The notes beneath the pieces were generated by a model, which was not told where the DNA came from, made no database searches, and worked only from the letters and a program-made list of their open reading frames with translations. The translations under genes and the position numbers were made by a program. A stretch of 64,000 nucleotides of DNA from Narcine bancroftii (Eukaryota). Location of the stretch: the NCBI RefSeq assembly GCF_036971445.1, contig NC_091469.1, forward strand, positions 226,982,001-227,046,000. Direction: 5' to 3'. Shown in pieces: positions 1-14,005 of the stretch (positions are counted from its first letter, which is position 1; every line of letters starts with the position of its first letter).

Positions 1-164
1 AGAAGCAGCAGACAAAACATCAGGCTTCTTTGAACATAGAGGGTACAAATTCTACTGGAATTGCACTTACTTTCTTATCACAACTAAGAAGATAGTCTGG
101 TGAAAATCACCGTGATAATTTTTAGCTAATGGTGTCCTGCTTCGATTGGAATATTGATGGATTG

Positions 165-425
165 GTGGCACATTTGGCATAGAGGTTAGCACTACGCCTT
201 TACAGTGCCAGTGATCAGGACCGGACTGGGGTTTGAATCTTGCGCTGTCTGTATGGAGTTTGTACGTTCTCCCTGTGTCTGGGAGGGTTTTCCCCAGGGG
301 CTCTGGTTTCTTCCACCCTTCAAAAATGTATGGGGGGGGGGGGGGGGGAAAAGTAAATTGGGTGGCACGGATTCGTGGGCCGAAATGGCCTGTTACTGTG
401 CTGTATGTCCAGATAGATAGATAGA
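165..425 (+). mobile_element. tRNA-derived V-SINE (HE1-like)
   Basis: tRNA-like head (ggtttgaatc B-box-like), V-domain ggagtttgtacgttctccctgtgtctg, CR1-like tail gggccgaaatggcctgttactgtgctgtatgtc followed by (GATA)n. Confidence 0.8.
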
Positions 426-1029
426 ATTCACAGCCAATGGATCTTGTTCAACATACAATCTTTTTATTAAGCACATTCAAAGCAGAGAAGCCAGCTTAGT
501 TTTCAATTGTTCCCTTTGCAATTATCCATGACTTAATTGTCTTCATGCAAAATAGTATACTGGATCTTGGATATGAACTAGGTACATGAACTGAAGTGGA
601 GGGATGCCTTGTATCTCTTTGGGGAAGGACACATCAACGTATGAAATAGGAATAAGAGGAAACCAGATCAATTCCTCGACTACATTGTCATTTGGTAAGA
701 TTGTAGCTGAATTCTGCAAGTCTGCAAATTAGTGTAATAATTTACCCTTTGGTTATCAAGTCTATCCCTCTCCACATTAAAATATATTCAAAGAAACCGC
801 TTCCACTTCCCTTTAATGCCTTATCTCTGTCTTAACTGCTGCCTTATTTTTAAAGATTGACCCCCACAAGATTAATCTTGTGATTTTAAAATGATCTAAA
901 ATGCTGCCTTATAGTAGTGACTTCTTTGCGAGCAGCTCTGATGAGAATAATCAAATATTCCTACTCAGAACTTCTAAATATCAAACAAAAAAATGAGAAA
1001 CAAAATGAAACTTGCCTGACAACATAAGT

Positions 1030-3090
1030 GTCCTAAGATCGCTGGCCGACCTTGGAGCCGGCAGAATCTGCACTCTCCATCAGGCCGCGGGACCATTAAG
1101 CAGCTCACGCAAATATGAAAACACCAGCGATAGGGTCATTTAAACTTCGCGGGAGTCACAGACAGCTGAAGCCCAGCACATTTAAACATCACAGAGGAGT
1201 TAAAGGGACCATTCACAGACCATTTAAACACCACAGGAACTACCAGCAGAGGACACATGGACCAGGTAAAGAAGATCTGACCACGTGGACGCAAGGAGGT
1301 GCGGTGGGGGGGGGGGGGGGGGTTTACATATAAGGTTGAGATGCCGAGACCTGAGCTTTCCGCTCCCTACCATCCTCCTGGCCAACATATAGTCCTTAGA
1401 GAACAAACATGATGAAATCCAAGCCAGAGCTATGTGATATGCTTTATGGAAAGATGGCTAAACGCAGACATTCTGGACATGGTGCTGCAGCTCAATGGCT
1501 ACACCCTCCATTGCACTGACCGTAGACCGGTGTCTGGAAAATCCAGGGAGGCAGAGTTTGGGTCATCAATACATCATGGTGCACAGATGTGATGGTCATG
1601 TTCCAGTCCTGCTCCCCTGACCTGAAACATCTGGCGATCAAGTGTCGCCCATTCTACCTGCCAAAGGATTTCACCAGCATCATCCTGGTTGCAGAGTACA
1701 TTCCGCCCCAGGCTAATGTCAGGTCAGCACTGGAGGGACTGAGCACTGTGATTAACAGCCATGAAACAGCACATCCTGATGCCTTCCTGATCATTGTGGG
1801 GACTTCAACCAGGCCAACCTGAAGAAGACTCTGACAAACTATCACCAACACATCACACGTGTGACCAGGGGAGCCAACACACTCAACCACTGCTACACCA
1901 CCATGAAGAACACCTACCAAGCCATACCATAACCACACTTCAGCAAGTCTGATCACCTGCTGTACTTCTACTCCCGGAGTACAAGCAGAGACTGAGGACC
2001 ACAGCACCAGTGATGAAGACGGCAAAGGTGTGGTTGAGGGAGGTGGAGGAGCATCTGCAGGACTGCTCTGAATTGGAACATATTCAGGAACTCATCCTTA
2101 GACTTGAACGAATATGCAACAGGTGTCACCGACTTCATCAAGACCTGTGTGGATGACTGTGTGCCCACGTGCAAATACTGGGTGTTCTTAGCCACAAGCC
2201 CTGGATGAATTAGAGAATCTAAAACCTGCTGAGGGCAAGATCAAGGGCATTTAAGGCTGGGGATCGAGATGCTTACATGAAGTCCAGGTATAACCCATGG
2301 AAGGCCATCTCTGAAGCAAAGTGACAATTCTGATGAAAGCTAGAGACAGACACAGATACCTGTCAGCTATGGCAGTGACTGCAGGCCATTACAGCCTACA
2401 AAGTGAATCTGAAGACTAAATATCTGTGATGCTTTACTACTTGATGAGCTGAACACCTTCTACGCCCGTTTTGAGAAGAAGAACCGAACAGCGCCTACTG
2501 GAATCCCTGAAAAGGCTGAGGAGCCTGTAGTATCTGTCTCTGAGGGCGACATCAGAACATCATTCAAGAGGGGTGAACCCTCACAAAATGTCAGGCCCTG
2601 ACAGTGTACCTGGCAGGGTACTGAAAATCTGCACCAACCAACTAGCCAGAATGTTGAGGGACATTTTTAATCTCTCATTGCTGCGGTCAAAGGTTCACAC
2701 CTGCTTCAAAAGGGCATCAATCATCCCAGAAGAGTAGTGTGAGCTGCCTCAATGACCACCACCCAGTAGCATTAACTACTGTGATGAAATGTTTTGAGAG
2801 GTCGGTCATGGCCAGAATTAACATGTACCTAAGCCATGTCCTCTTCACTCTGCTACCATCGGGAAAAGGTACAGGTGCCTAAAATGGAGCACTCATCGGG
2901 ACAAGGACAGCTTCTTCCCCATCAGATTCCTGAATAATCAATGAACCAAAGACACTGCCTTACTTTTTGCGCTCTATTATTTTAATTTTTTTAATATAAT
3001 GTGATAAGATGGTTACAATATGAATGTTTTCCCTATGATACTGCTGCAAAACCCCGAATTTCATGACTTGTTCATGACAATAAATTCTAA
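1030..3090 (+). mobile_element. Rex1/Babar-like LINE, decayed; endonuclease present, RT core deleted
   Basis: APE motifs IKCRPFYLPKDFTSIILVAEYIPPQA, HPDAFLIIVG(DFN), SDH; RT N-terminal motifs up to ~2830, then a direct jump to C-terminal LFTLLPSGKR and a 3' tail ending caataaattctaatct. Many stops and frameshifts. Confidence 0.85.
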
Positions 3091-3240
3091 TCTGTCTTTC
3101 CATATTCATCATGTCAGGACACTTACAGATCTTGTATATTTCCACAAAATCGCCTCTTATCTTCTGAACTCTAGTGGATACAAACCGAGCTGAAACAACC
3201 TTCCTGCTTAACATAGCCCTCCCATTCCAAATAACAGTCC
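3090..3240 (-). mobile_element. CR1-like LINE 3' fragment
   Basis: Minus-strand translation RGDFVEIYKI matches the CR1 ORF2 C-terminal RGDLIEVYKI motif. Confidence 0.55.
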
Positions 3241-4857
3241 AGTACCAACAAACTCAACCTTTTTTGGCCGTGGACTCTACTCAAAGTTTACAGGCCCCCT
3301 TCCCTGTGTAGCAGTCACATTTAATATACTTCTCTCCTATCGACGACATAGAGTGGACAACTGCTGGCCATGAACTTGAGCCTCAGCGATGTCCTTTTCA
3401 TGTACTTTTATAGTATAATGATAAAGATTAACTGTGTATAATTTTCAGAATTGAGTAAAATGCAGACTTGTACATGTGATATGATTTAATGGTAGGGCTC
3501 TTAAAGTGAAAGTTAGTACTGGATCTGCTGCTAAATGTAGTGAGACTGAGATGAAGGAAGGAGCTCTACTTTTCTGACACTGAACTCGATGTTGTGGCAA
3601 CAGAAATGAACACTTCCAAAAGGAGATTGGAGACTTCCCACTAAAAGACAGAAATTCATGTAGCAAATGCTCAGAGATCGAACTCAGGATATGAGCTGAA
3701 TCTATGGTGATCTCCAATGAAATTGTGCATTCAGTGGTTTGGGTAATCTTCATCCTTAAACTGAGTACTTGAGCAGTTTGCTTTGTTGCATTTGAGTGAG
3801 CTTACCTAGTCAAGGTTGCCGAGCAGTATTGTAGTCACAATGCTCCATGTGGCTTTATCACTGCTTTCTGTCTACTGTCTTTGTGCTTCTGCACATTGTA
3901 TGCAGGGCGATGTATATTCAAATTTCCATTGCACTAAAGACATCGGGAAGTCATGTGATCAATTTTGCATTCAATTCAATTGCATGTTGTCTAAAGACGG
4001 TACAGAGTGTGATTGAATCTCATGGTCATTATCTGTGAATATGTCCCCTAATAATTCATTTTGCAACTGACAATGAATAGAACACATGATTTTACATAAC
4101 ACCTCTCAGAAAACATTCAAGGTACCCATCCAATCTGAATTGAATTCGTTTATCTATATTCTGTGCAATTTATATTGCTTGCACATATTTGCATAAAGGT
4201 GAAAAAAACTAAATACAAATTTTCTGCATAATTGTTGCTGTGAATATATTTAATTTTGTATGACCACTGAGATCCCAGAAAAGAAAAGAAATGCCTGTGG
4301 TGACCAAGCAGATTAGTGGCTGAGTAGTGTCATTTTAAAGCGTCAGGGAAAAAAAGAGAGGAAATTTGCTATGAATGCAATTCTGCCTTTGCCCTGTTAA
4401 AACAACTGTTGTCCTGAATTTATGTGCTTAATCTTTCTTAGCTGTGATAGTAATTTAAACACTTCTTGTATCCAAATGGACACTGAGGCTCTGCCAGTTC
4501 ATGCATATCACCAGTGAACTGTAGAATCAAGTCACAACAAAGGAAATTTCGACAGCAGAGCTTGTCCCTGTTCATCATTTTTCAAGTGCATGGGGCATCT
4601 TCAGCTGTGCCATCTATCACTGTCGGAAGGAAGGAAGGATATCATTCTTTCACGGTGTAATTCTGTGTGATGTCAGCCTGTGATATTCTTTGATACTCTA
4701 ACGTCGAATGTTGAACAGTGCAGCACGATATTAGCAGGCTAAATTTTTGACCCCTTGGCAATTCAGATTGTATTTCTAAAATATACACTGGCCATCAAGT
4801 GAAACAGTGTTGATCATAACACTAAAATATGGTGAAGGCCAGAACCAATTTGTCCAT

Positions 4858-5171
4858 TGAGGTGGTACACCAGTAGGCCTACTGCAGGGGGAAACCTCTG
4901 TACCTGCAGGAGAGTACCGCTGGCCTACTGCAGGGGGCAACCTCTGTACCTGCAGGAGCGTAAGGGGACAGGACAACACCTGGCCGGCTGTCAATCAGTC
5001 AGCCTGAAGGGATCAAGCCCCACCCGCTCGGCTGTCACCAGCCTCCCGAGGCCTCACTCAGAGTTGCTGCAGCCAAAGCCAGCCTGGCTCTGTGGAAGTC
5101 TTTGTGGATTAAAGCCTGTTGTACAGTCTTTATCTTTGTGTGTGTCTGATTCTGGCTAACAAGGCACCACA
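4858..5171 (+). mobile_element. Solo LTR (Gypsy/Mag-like) with 5-bp TSD
   Basis: TGAGGTG...CACCACA termini, TSD TCCAT at 4853-4857 and 5172-5176, ATTAAA signal near 5108, internal tandem duplication of ggcctactgcagggggraacctctgtacctgcaggag. Confidence 0.8.
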
Positions 5172-5864
5172 TCCATTGACCAATGTTATGAGCCTAGTAT
5201 TCTGATTGTTAAAATAAAGCTGTTTGGAAGACCAAGCAGCAGGGATTGCATTGGCTGATCAATATGCATTATCAGTGTTCTTGCATCGTCACCTGACAAA
5301 TAGGATTGGGTTTTATGTTCAAACATACTATAACTGATGCGAGCAATCTGCAGTGGTACAGGAGTGAGGAAACAGGATGAAGAAGTATTGAAGATCGGTG
5401 AGGAATGGGTATTAAACCCAGGCAGCCAGCAATATAAACAGATTGTTGCCAACTCTTTAACTGAACACGGGCTTGTTGGTGTTAAAATATTGAGTGGGGC
5501 TGAAAATTGAGCAATTCTCAGCAACCATTGGCACAATTTCAGTGGATGGCACTGATCTCATTTTCTGGCTGCTTGTAGATTGCTAACCATTTTGCTGTCT
5601 ATCAAACTGTCTCTGTCTATTCTTCCCATAATCACAACATGCTGCTGCTCTGGCCTTGAGAATGACTTCAGTCCCACTCTGTATGACTGACTTTAAACAA
5701 ATCAATCAAATGTAAAAATAGGCCTTTGTGAAGTTTGAGAAACAACTCAGAGCAACAGCTGACAGTTTATTTGTCTGTTTCAGTTCTATCCATGTTCCGA
5801 GAGCAATTTTTACTGACATCCATTAGTTTTCTTCATCTTCAATATCTTCAACCTGAGGAATTAT

Positions 5865-6060
5865 ACCACAACGCTGGAGAAACTCAACGGGTCAAACCGT
5901 GTACTTCATATAGCAAAGATAAAGATACATAACCAGTGTTTCAGGCTTGAGGCCTTCATCAAGCAATGAACAAAATGTGGGCAGGCATCCTAACAAAACT
6001 CTGCTGCTCTTTCCACAGATCCTGCCTCATCTATTAATGTTTCCAGCATTTTCTCAATTG
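5865..6060. mobile_element. Penelope-like terminal repeat fragments in opposite orientations
   Basis: acaacgctggagaaactcaacgggtcaaac...gtttcaggcttgaggccttcatcaag matches the terminus of the Penelope at 37893; an opposite-strand piece ends ttccagcattttct. Confidence 0.7.
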
Positions 6061-6289
6061 ACTTCAAATTACAAATATTTATCGTTCTTTGACATTCCAT
6101 TAATTTCTTTATTGTGAATCTGAAATTGTCTGTTTTCTGTTAAAATCTTCCAGTTCTTACTGTTATCCCACTGCTAATCTATTTTGTAATTCCACCACCA
6201 TCAAACCAAAAAAAGCATTGTCCAATTTATAAATTTAAATTTTATAAATTTTCAAGTTTAAAATATAGATAGGCAGCAGATTTTTGAAA

Positions 6290-7548
6290 ATAACATTAGT
6301 CATTTTATTTTAAAATGGAGTCCTCAATTGTTACAAAAATATAAATTACCTGTATTGCGGCATATAATGGATATTTGGTATAAGCGAGATCAACTTATAG
6401 GTTCTAAAGGAAAAAATTCCATAAAATCACCGATTTATCAAAACAAATTAATCCCTTTCTCTTTAAATAATCCTTCTTTGAAAAATTGGGAAATGAAAGG
6501 AATTAAGATGATACCAGATTGTTTTGAGGCAGGTAGATTTTCTACATTCAATAGATTACAAGAGAAATTTGGTATTTCATCAAATTCTTTTTTTGCTTAT
6601 TATCAAATTACGGATTAAAAAAAAATAAATGTGGGGATTTGGTTTTGCCAGGTCAAATGAAATTTGAGATGTTCATTGCAGATAAAGGAAATAAGGGGTT
6701 TATTTCAAATATGTATAGGTTGCTGCAGGAAAAAATGGATAAAGTTGACATATATAAAATAAAGGAGAAATGGGAGAAGGATTTAGATATTGTTTTGTCT
6801 TGGGAAGAATGGTCAAATATGTGTACTGATAGTGTTACAAAATTACTTAATGTGTGGCACAGTATGGTTAATTATAATTTTATACATCAATTGTATCTAA
6901 CTCCTGAGAAATTGAAGAAATATGGATTCAGTTAGTCAGATTTATGTTTTAGATGTCGGGAACAGACTTTTATGCATTCTGTTTGGTCATGTGGAAAAGT
7001 TAAACCTTTTTGGGAGAAAGTTATAAAGTTTTTGAGAGATTTGTTTAAAATTGATTTGCAATTGGATCCAATGATGTGTTTATTAGGTGATATGAATGTA
7101 TTAAATGCAAGGTTACAGATGGACAAATCACATTTGGCTTTTGTATGATTAGGGTTAGCAATAGCAAGAAAATGTATAACTGTTACATGGAAAAATTATG
7201 TAGAGTTGAATATACAAAGATCGCATAATGAATTACAATCATGTATATATTTGTAAAAAATAACATAATTTGCAAAATTATTTTTGTTAAAATGTGGAGT
7301 TTATATTTAGAATAAATGGCTATAGATTTTAAGTAGATGATTTGTACAGAGTTGTCATACCAAACAGTTAGTATTTAATACCCAGATTTTTTTTTGTGTG
7401 TTTAAGGCTCTGGTGGGGGGTGGGGGTGGGGTAGGGAGTGGATAGTTTAGATGAAGGGAGGGGGGAAAGGGGAGTTTTTTTGTGTATTTTATTTTACGTA
7501 TTTGTTATGCTTATAATTTTGTAAAAGTTTTAAATAAAATTTTCAAAA
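6290..7548 (+). mobile_element. L1-like LINE 3' fragment (AT-rich subfamily)
   Basis: ORF2 C-terminus KEKWEKDL, NFIHQLYLTPEKL, CFRC..H..WSC cysteine motif; G-rich 3' UTR and aataaaattttcaaaa end. Confidence 0.85.
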
Positions 7549-7770
7549 TACAGCACAGAAACAGGCCACTTCAGTCCATGAGCCTGTGCTATCCAATTGA
7601 CCTATGACCCCCAGTTCATTTCAATTGGTGGGAGGAATCCGGAGACCCCAGGGAAAACCCATGCAGGCACGGGGAGAACGTACACAATTCTTTCAGACAG
7701 CGAACCCTGGTCCTGATTACTGGGGCTGTAAAGACATTGCGCTAACAGCTGCACCCATCGTGCCATCCTT
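7549..7770 (-). mobile_element. V-SINE
   Basis: Reverse complement of the V-domain (acccatgcaggcacggggagaacgtac) and of the tail (cagcacagaaacaggcc). Confidence 0.8.
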
Positions 7771-8665
7771 TTAAAAAAAATCCTTTTCTCAAGTGTTAAC
7801 TCAGTGTATTGTTATTTCAAGCATACATGCAAATGTCAGAGACAATGCTTCCATTGGTGGTTATTTTTCATCACACTCAAACAGCATCAGTAGGAAATTA
7901 TCTCTGGTAATAAATATCCTGAATATAGCATAACATCTATACCATCAAGCAAAGAATGCAGCTCCTCAGTCCTGTTCTACTCAAACATAATTGATCAAAG
8001 ATTATTTGGTCTGAAATTATTTCATTTCAAAATAAACAAATCTTCAGGTAAGGTGCTTTAAAAACCATCCAGTTTTCAACATTGAGAATGCCAAAGTAGA
8101 GCTGTATATCTTTTTCCATGTACTTTAGGGCAATGTAAGCTTACATAACATGATGATGAGCATATTGCAACCCAAATCCTCATTTCATTTATGGTAAATA
8201 AATACATTTTATCTCTTCATTCTGATACCTGTACATTAAATAAGAGAAACAGAAATTTAAGACATTTTTAAATGTGTTTAACCTTGTTGGCCAGGCTCTT
8301 GAAGGCCAAATAATATTTGTGAAGGTACACAGCCATACTTATCCTGTCTGAACAACTCGTCACTAATATTGACACTTGAACATTCACTGTAGCAAAGATG
8401 CTTTTCCTTTCTTTAAATTGCTTTAAGTCCTGTCACCTCCTGAGACAGGAGGTTGAAAACTTTCCTTCCAAAGGTATTTAAAGCAGTTTGAAAAAAACAC
8501 ACAATTCGGATCCACAAGACTGTTTGCTTCATAAGACCAGATATAATCCAGATTAATACTTGGAGCAATGATCCACAATATTTAACTAATCCTCAAAAAC
8601 ATGTAGGACAAATCAGCTTATATTAAGAAAATTATGTATGTGGATTCAATCTATATATTTGATCT

Positions 8666-11600
8666 TGTAGCGTGGTCACTACAGTTATAGCTCGATGTAT
8701 AATGGGTTGTTGCTTGAGGTTGAAAGAAGACTCACACACCAAGGGAGTGTAATCAACACTGACTTTATTGGGCTGCAGCTTTGCCTTTTATAGGCAGCTG
8801 GCTGTGTCATGACTAGGGCACGGTTTGAGCGAGGCCAGCTGCTGATTGGCTGTCCTGGATGCGCAGTCCCAGATTGGAACCCCTGCAATCCGCTGCAGGT
8901 GACTGGTTGATTCGACTGTTATTTCTGCGGCCTATTCCTGTGTCTCATCCTGCATGCCATCTACCCAATCATCGTGATCGATGACTCTTTGCTGTGTCAG
9001 CCCGTGGAGTGGGCCACAGGCCACCACACCCCCTCCCCCCCCCCCCCAGAACTGGTGATTGTGACACTTTCTTTTGGTGCACGACCCCTGAGTCGTGGGG
9101 TTGGGTGAGTAACTGGGTGGTCAACATCCAAGTGAGCTTGGTATCAGCTGGATGAGTATGAAGGTCTCCTCCCTGCCACCAATGTCCAACACGCAGGTGG
9201 AGCTGTTGAGCCTGATGACATGGTATGGCGTTTTATAGGGCTGTTGAAGAGGTGGCTGGTGGGTCCCGTGTCAGACAAATATGTAGTGATAGCCTGCCAT
9301 GTTCTTTGGGACAAAGGAGCTGGCTTCCCCATGAGCTCTGGGCTTAATTGGGGTTAGTGAGCCCAGGCACTTGCGAAGTCGAGACAATGTGGTTGCCACA
9401 AGCTCCCTCAAGTTCTCAGAAGCCACCATGAATACACCTGTGATGAATAGGTACATAGACCAACTCAGCAGAGGATGCCTCAAGATCCTCTTTTGGGGCA
9501 GTGTGAATGTCTAGCAGGACCCAAGGGAATTCATCTGCCCAGTCGGGCCATCAGAGCTGTCCTCAGGTGCCTGTTGAACCTCTCCACCAGCCTGTTGGCC
9601 TGTGGGTGGTATGTTATGGTGAGGTGGAGTTGAGTCCCCAGAGCAATTGCTAAGGCAGTCCACATGCTAGAGGTGAATTGGGTCCCCTGTCAGATGTTAA
9701 GTGTTCAGGGATTCTGAATCGTGTTACCCAGGTGTTCAGTAATGCCTGTGCACATTGTCTCCTTGGAGATTTCAGGTAGCAGCACTGCCTTTGGCCATCT
9801 AGTCAACCAGTCAACCATGTTCAATAGATAACGTGCCCTTCTGAATACAGGAAGGGGCCCCACAATGTCTATGTGCACGTGGCTGAAACAGCAGCGTGCT
9901 CGTTTGTAGGGCTGTGGAGGGGCTTTAATGTGGGTCTGGACCTTGGATGCCTGGCACTGAGTACATTTTGGCCCATTGAATGACCTCCTTATGGAGGCCG
10001 TGCCAGACGTATCTGTTGGCCAACATTCTAACTGTAATCCTGAGCCAAATTGTGGACCAAATCAAAAACTTGCCTCCTCCATGTGACTGGAATGATGGGG
10101 CATAGTTTACCAGCTGAGGTGTTGCAGAACAGCGTATGGTTACCTGGAACGATCTAGATGTCCTCCAGTTGCAGGCCAGTAAGTGCAGTCCGTTACGCCG
10201 GTATGTCAGGGTCTGCTTACTGCACATCTGCCAGGGCCACATAGTAAATACCCAGGGTGGGGTTGTGCACTGCTAGGATAGCCGGATGGGATAGAGCATC
10301 AGTTACCACATTGGACTTGCAAGAAATATGTTCAATGCCTGTTGAAAATTCAGATATGTAGGATCAGTGCCATTGTTGCCTGGCTGACCATGAGTCTGTC
10401 ACCTTGCTGAAAGCAAAGGTAAGTAGTTTGTGGTCTGTGTAAATTTTGAACTTCCATGAAGTAATGGAAATGCCGAATTGCCAGGTATAACGCTAACAGC
10501 TCCCTATCAAAGGCACTGGACTTGAGTATCTGGTTAATGGACAGTGGCAGCTGCTGGCCTTTTTCAGTAAACATCTCAGGCCACCAGAGTGTAAGTACAT
10601 CCCCAACCACTGTGCTGGAGGCAGCTACCGTGAGGGTGGTCGGGTTGTCTGTCCTGGGAAGCACAATGAAGTTGGCTTTGGCTAGGGTGTCTTTGGTTGC
10701 TTGGAAAGCCTCGGTCACCCCTGTGTGTCCATTAAATGTCTTTACTGGGCCCTGCCATGAGGGGAAATAGTGGGCTCACAATGTGGAGCCACTGCAGGTA
10801 TGAAGCGATGATAAAAATTGACCATACCTACAAACTCTTGTAGTCTCTTCACAGTCGTTGGTCTGGGGAAGGAATGAATAGCATCCACTTTGGTGGGTAA
10901 CGGCCTGGCCCCATGTTGATCAATGCGATGGCCCAGGAAATCAATTGTCTCTCTGCCAAACTGGCACTTGGTTGGATTGATGGTTAAACTGAACTCACTT
11001 AGTCTGCAGAAAAATAGTTATAAGTGAGTGGCGTGCTCGGGGCGGGTGTGGCTAGATATTAAAATGTCATCAATGTAGATGAAGGCGAAGTGCAGATTCT
11101 GACACACTGCATTCATCAGCCTTTGGAAAGTTGTTCAGCCTGAATGGCGTGCGGAGGAATTCGAACAATCCAATGGGGTTATAATGGCAGTTTTGGGAAT
11201 GTAATGGGTTGAACTGGGATCTGATGATAACCCCTGATGAGGGCCACCTTAGAGAATATCCGTGCCCCTTGCAGAGTGGTGAAGTCCTGGATATGAGGCA
11301 TGGGATACCTGTCAGGTATGGTGTCCTCATTCAGGCAGCGGTAGTTTCCGCACAACTTCCCGTTGCCTTGGGTACCATATGGAAGTGGGGAGGCCAATGG
11401 GCTATTGGAGCGCTGTATAATGCCGAGTTCCTCCATCTTTCAAAACTTTTCTCTATCTGGGTTGAGTTTCTCGGGGGGAAACGCTGCGCACTGGCAGTGT
11501 AGTGACAGAGGGGAATTCTGCTAAGACTCGAGCGATTCATTGTCGGCAGTACTCACCGAGTGTAGCTGGGGGTTAGTAAGTTCGGTGCCCTTGAGTGAGA

Positions 11601-13006
11601 GTGTCTGAAGTGTCCAGGCATGTACCAGCTGATGCCCTTTAATGTCCATCAGTAGTGAGTTGGCTCTCAGGAAATCAGCACCCAGTAACAGTTGTTGTAC
11701 GGATGCCACCGTCAACCTCCAGGTTAATTTCTGTCCCCGAAGTGGAGGGGAATTGTATGGGTGTCAAATGTCCAAGTGTTGGAGACATTCGCTGCTTGAA
11801 GTTGTCGGTCCATCTTGCCACTGTGGCTTCTAGGTTGGATGGGGGTGGAGAACACTGTACTGTGTCCACCAACAAATGTCAGCAACAGGGGGTTTTGGAT
11901 GTGGAGGGAGCTATGCAGTTGGCTGGTCATCGCAGCCATCAACAACAGTTGGACTTGGTGTTTCCCTGGAATGCACAGGGGGAGCGGCATCGAAGGGCCC
12001 CAGTACCCTACTGTTGATGATAGAAACCATACTGCTCAACAGTGGGGTGCATTGATCAGGTGGTCGTTCGGTCAAGTGGTCAGTCGGCGGGCTTCCTGGC
12101 CGGGCGTTGCTGACGAGGTGCCGTCATCTGTACGAACGAAGCGAAGGCATCCCTCTAGGCCACCCATAGCATGTCTGCTTGGGCAGCCAGCCTCCTGTGG
12201 TCATCTAAGTTTTCCTCTGCGATAGGCAGCCGCTCCAGGAAGATCTGCTGGAACAGCGGGAACGAGGTATGGCCATCATTGAGAGCGAGCATGTCGTTCA
12301 TGAGGGCAGAAGGGGCCCTATCCCCAAACCATTGATGTGCAGCTGTCCAGCTGCATGCTTGCTTTTAGAGCACGGAAGTGTGGGTTAACAGCTCCTTGAT
12401 GCCCACATACATCCCTTGCTTTGGGGGCTGCTGGAGGAAGTCGATGATGCAGGCTGCAATGTCTTACTCAAGGGCGCTGACCACGTAGTAGCGTATGTCA
12501 TATGCGGAGATCTGTCAAATGGCAAACTGTCTCTCAGCCTGCTGGAACCACACCCATGGTTGCGACGTCCTGAAGCAGGACAGCTTCCACGCTATGGCAT
12601 TAATTGTAGGCTGTTTCTCTAGCATTGAGTCCAAAGTGCCATTTGGACAAGTAGGGGTCACCACTGTAGCAGGGCCACTATGGTTACAGCTCAAGTTATA
12701 GCTTGAGGTAGAAAGAAGACTCACACACCAAGGGAGTGTAATTGGCACTGCCTTTATTGGGCTGCAGCCCTGCCTTTTATAGGCAGCTAGCCATGTCACC
12801 ACCGAGGCTAGGCTTGAGAGAGGCCGACTGATGATTGGATGTCCCGGATTGAACCCCCTGCAATCTGCTGGCGAAGATTGGTCGATTCAACCACTATTCC
12901 TGCAGTCTATGAGAGTGGCATCTCATCCTGGGTGCTATCTACACGATTGTCATGTTCAATGGCTGTTTGCTGTGTTGGCCTGTGAAGCGGGCTGTGGGCT
13001 GCTGCA
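8666..13006 (-). mobile_element. Gypsy LTR retrotransposon, near full-length, decayed
   Basis: LTRs 8666-9028 and 12665-13006; PBS tggtgacccctact; G-rich PPT beside 9029; gag SQPWVWFQQAERQF, protease LLGADFL, RT IPDRYPMP and GYHQIP, RNase H YSAFDRELLA-like, integrase region; TSD ATCT/ATAT. Confidence 0.92.
12649..12663 (-). promoter_or_regulatory. Primer-binding site, tRNA-Trp type
   Basis: Minus strand TGGTGACCCCTACTT lies 1 nt from the 5' LTR and resembles the tRNA-Trp PBS TGGTGACCCCGACGT. Confidence 0.8.
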
Positions 13007-13179
13007 ATATATTGATTGCTTACTGTGCATTAGGCATATTTCATTGAGTTGCATGTGTACAATCAAATGATAATAAACTTCAACTTGAGATATAATGTTA
13101 AATAGACCTGGCCTAGTCCAAGCTTCCAATGGAGGCAGTATCTTTCACACTGCAGAAATTATATAAAAACGCTTGTAAA

Positions 13180-13260
13180 TGTGAAAGCTGGTAAATTGGG
13201 CAGCACGGACTCATGAGCTGAAAGGACCTGTTTCCATTCTCTTTGTCTAAATTTATATTT
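13180..13260 (+). mobile_element. V-SINE 3' fragment
   Basis: gtaaattggggcagcacggactcatgagctgaaaggacctgtt parallels the SINE tail at 350-410. Confidence 0.6.
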
Positions 13261-13299
13261 ATACTATATATAAATATTTGAGATGATTTCCATTTACAG

Positions 13300-14005
13300 G
13301 ATACTGTTCATCAGCCTCACAGCCTGTGGAAAGTAGCTATTCCCCAGCCTGGCAGTTCTAATTTTAATGCTCCTGTGCCACCTTGATGGAGGTGGGCTGA
13401 AGATACTTTGCCCTGGTTGGAAAAGGTCTTCTACAATTCCTTGAGTCTATTTAGACAGCACTCCTGGTCAAATCTCTCAGTAGAGGAAAGGGAATCCCAG
13501 TGATCCTCTCAGCTGTTTTAACAATCCTCTATAGATGCTTTGCAGCTACCATACCACATGATGATACATCCAGATAGGACACACTCAACTGTGCTCCTGT
13601 AAGACTGGGGGGTGGTGTGCTGGTAACCTTGCCCTCCTCAGACCCTTTAGGACCTTTGCATCTTCCTTACAAATGAGGAGGTGTTGTGAGTCCGGAATAG
13701 GACTCTCAACACCTTATATGGACACCAAGGAACTTGGTGCTTTCCACTCTCTCCACAATGGAACTGTTGATGGGTAGTGGAGAATGATGACCTTTTATTC
13801 TCCACAATTATCTCCTTTGTCTTGTCCGCTTTGAGACACAGGTTGTTGATCTTGCACAATTTTCCAAGCCTTTCCACTCTTCTCCGTAATGCGATTCATC
13901 ATTGTTGCCAATGAGGCTGACAAGTGTCATATCATCTGCAAATATGATGCATCTATTGGAAATGAATCTGGCAGAACAGTCGGGATTCATCAGTGTGAAC
14001 AGTGT
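13300..14005 (-). mobile_element. Rex1-like LINE RT/C-terminal fragment
   Basis: IIFADDMTLVSLIGNNDESHY and LCKINNLCLKADKTKEII are Rex1 RT motifs. Confidence 0.85.

Noticed and set aside
4853-5179. 8-bp direct repeat TCCATTGA suggesting a hAT insertion
   Set aside because: TG...CA termini, a poly(A) signal and no hAT-type TIR fit a solo LTR with a 5-bp TSD better.
5337-5510. Protein-like 57-codon frame MRAICSGTG...GAEN
   Set aside because: No recognisable domain or convincing splice sites; length expected by chance.
11070-12802. Numerous overlapping antisense ORFs in the Gypsy elements
   Set aside because: Shadow frames of GC-richer decayed gag-pol; no independent motifs.
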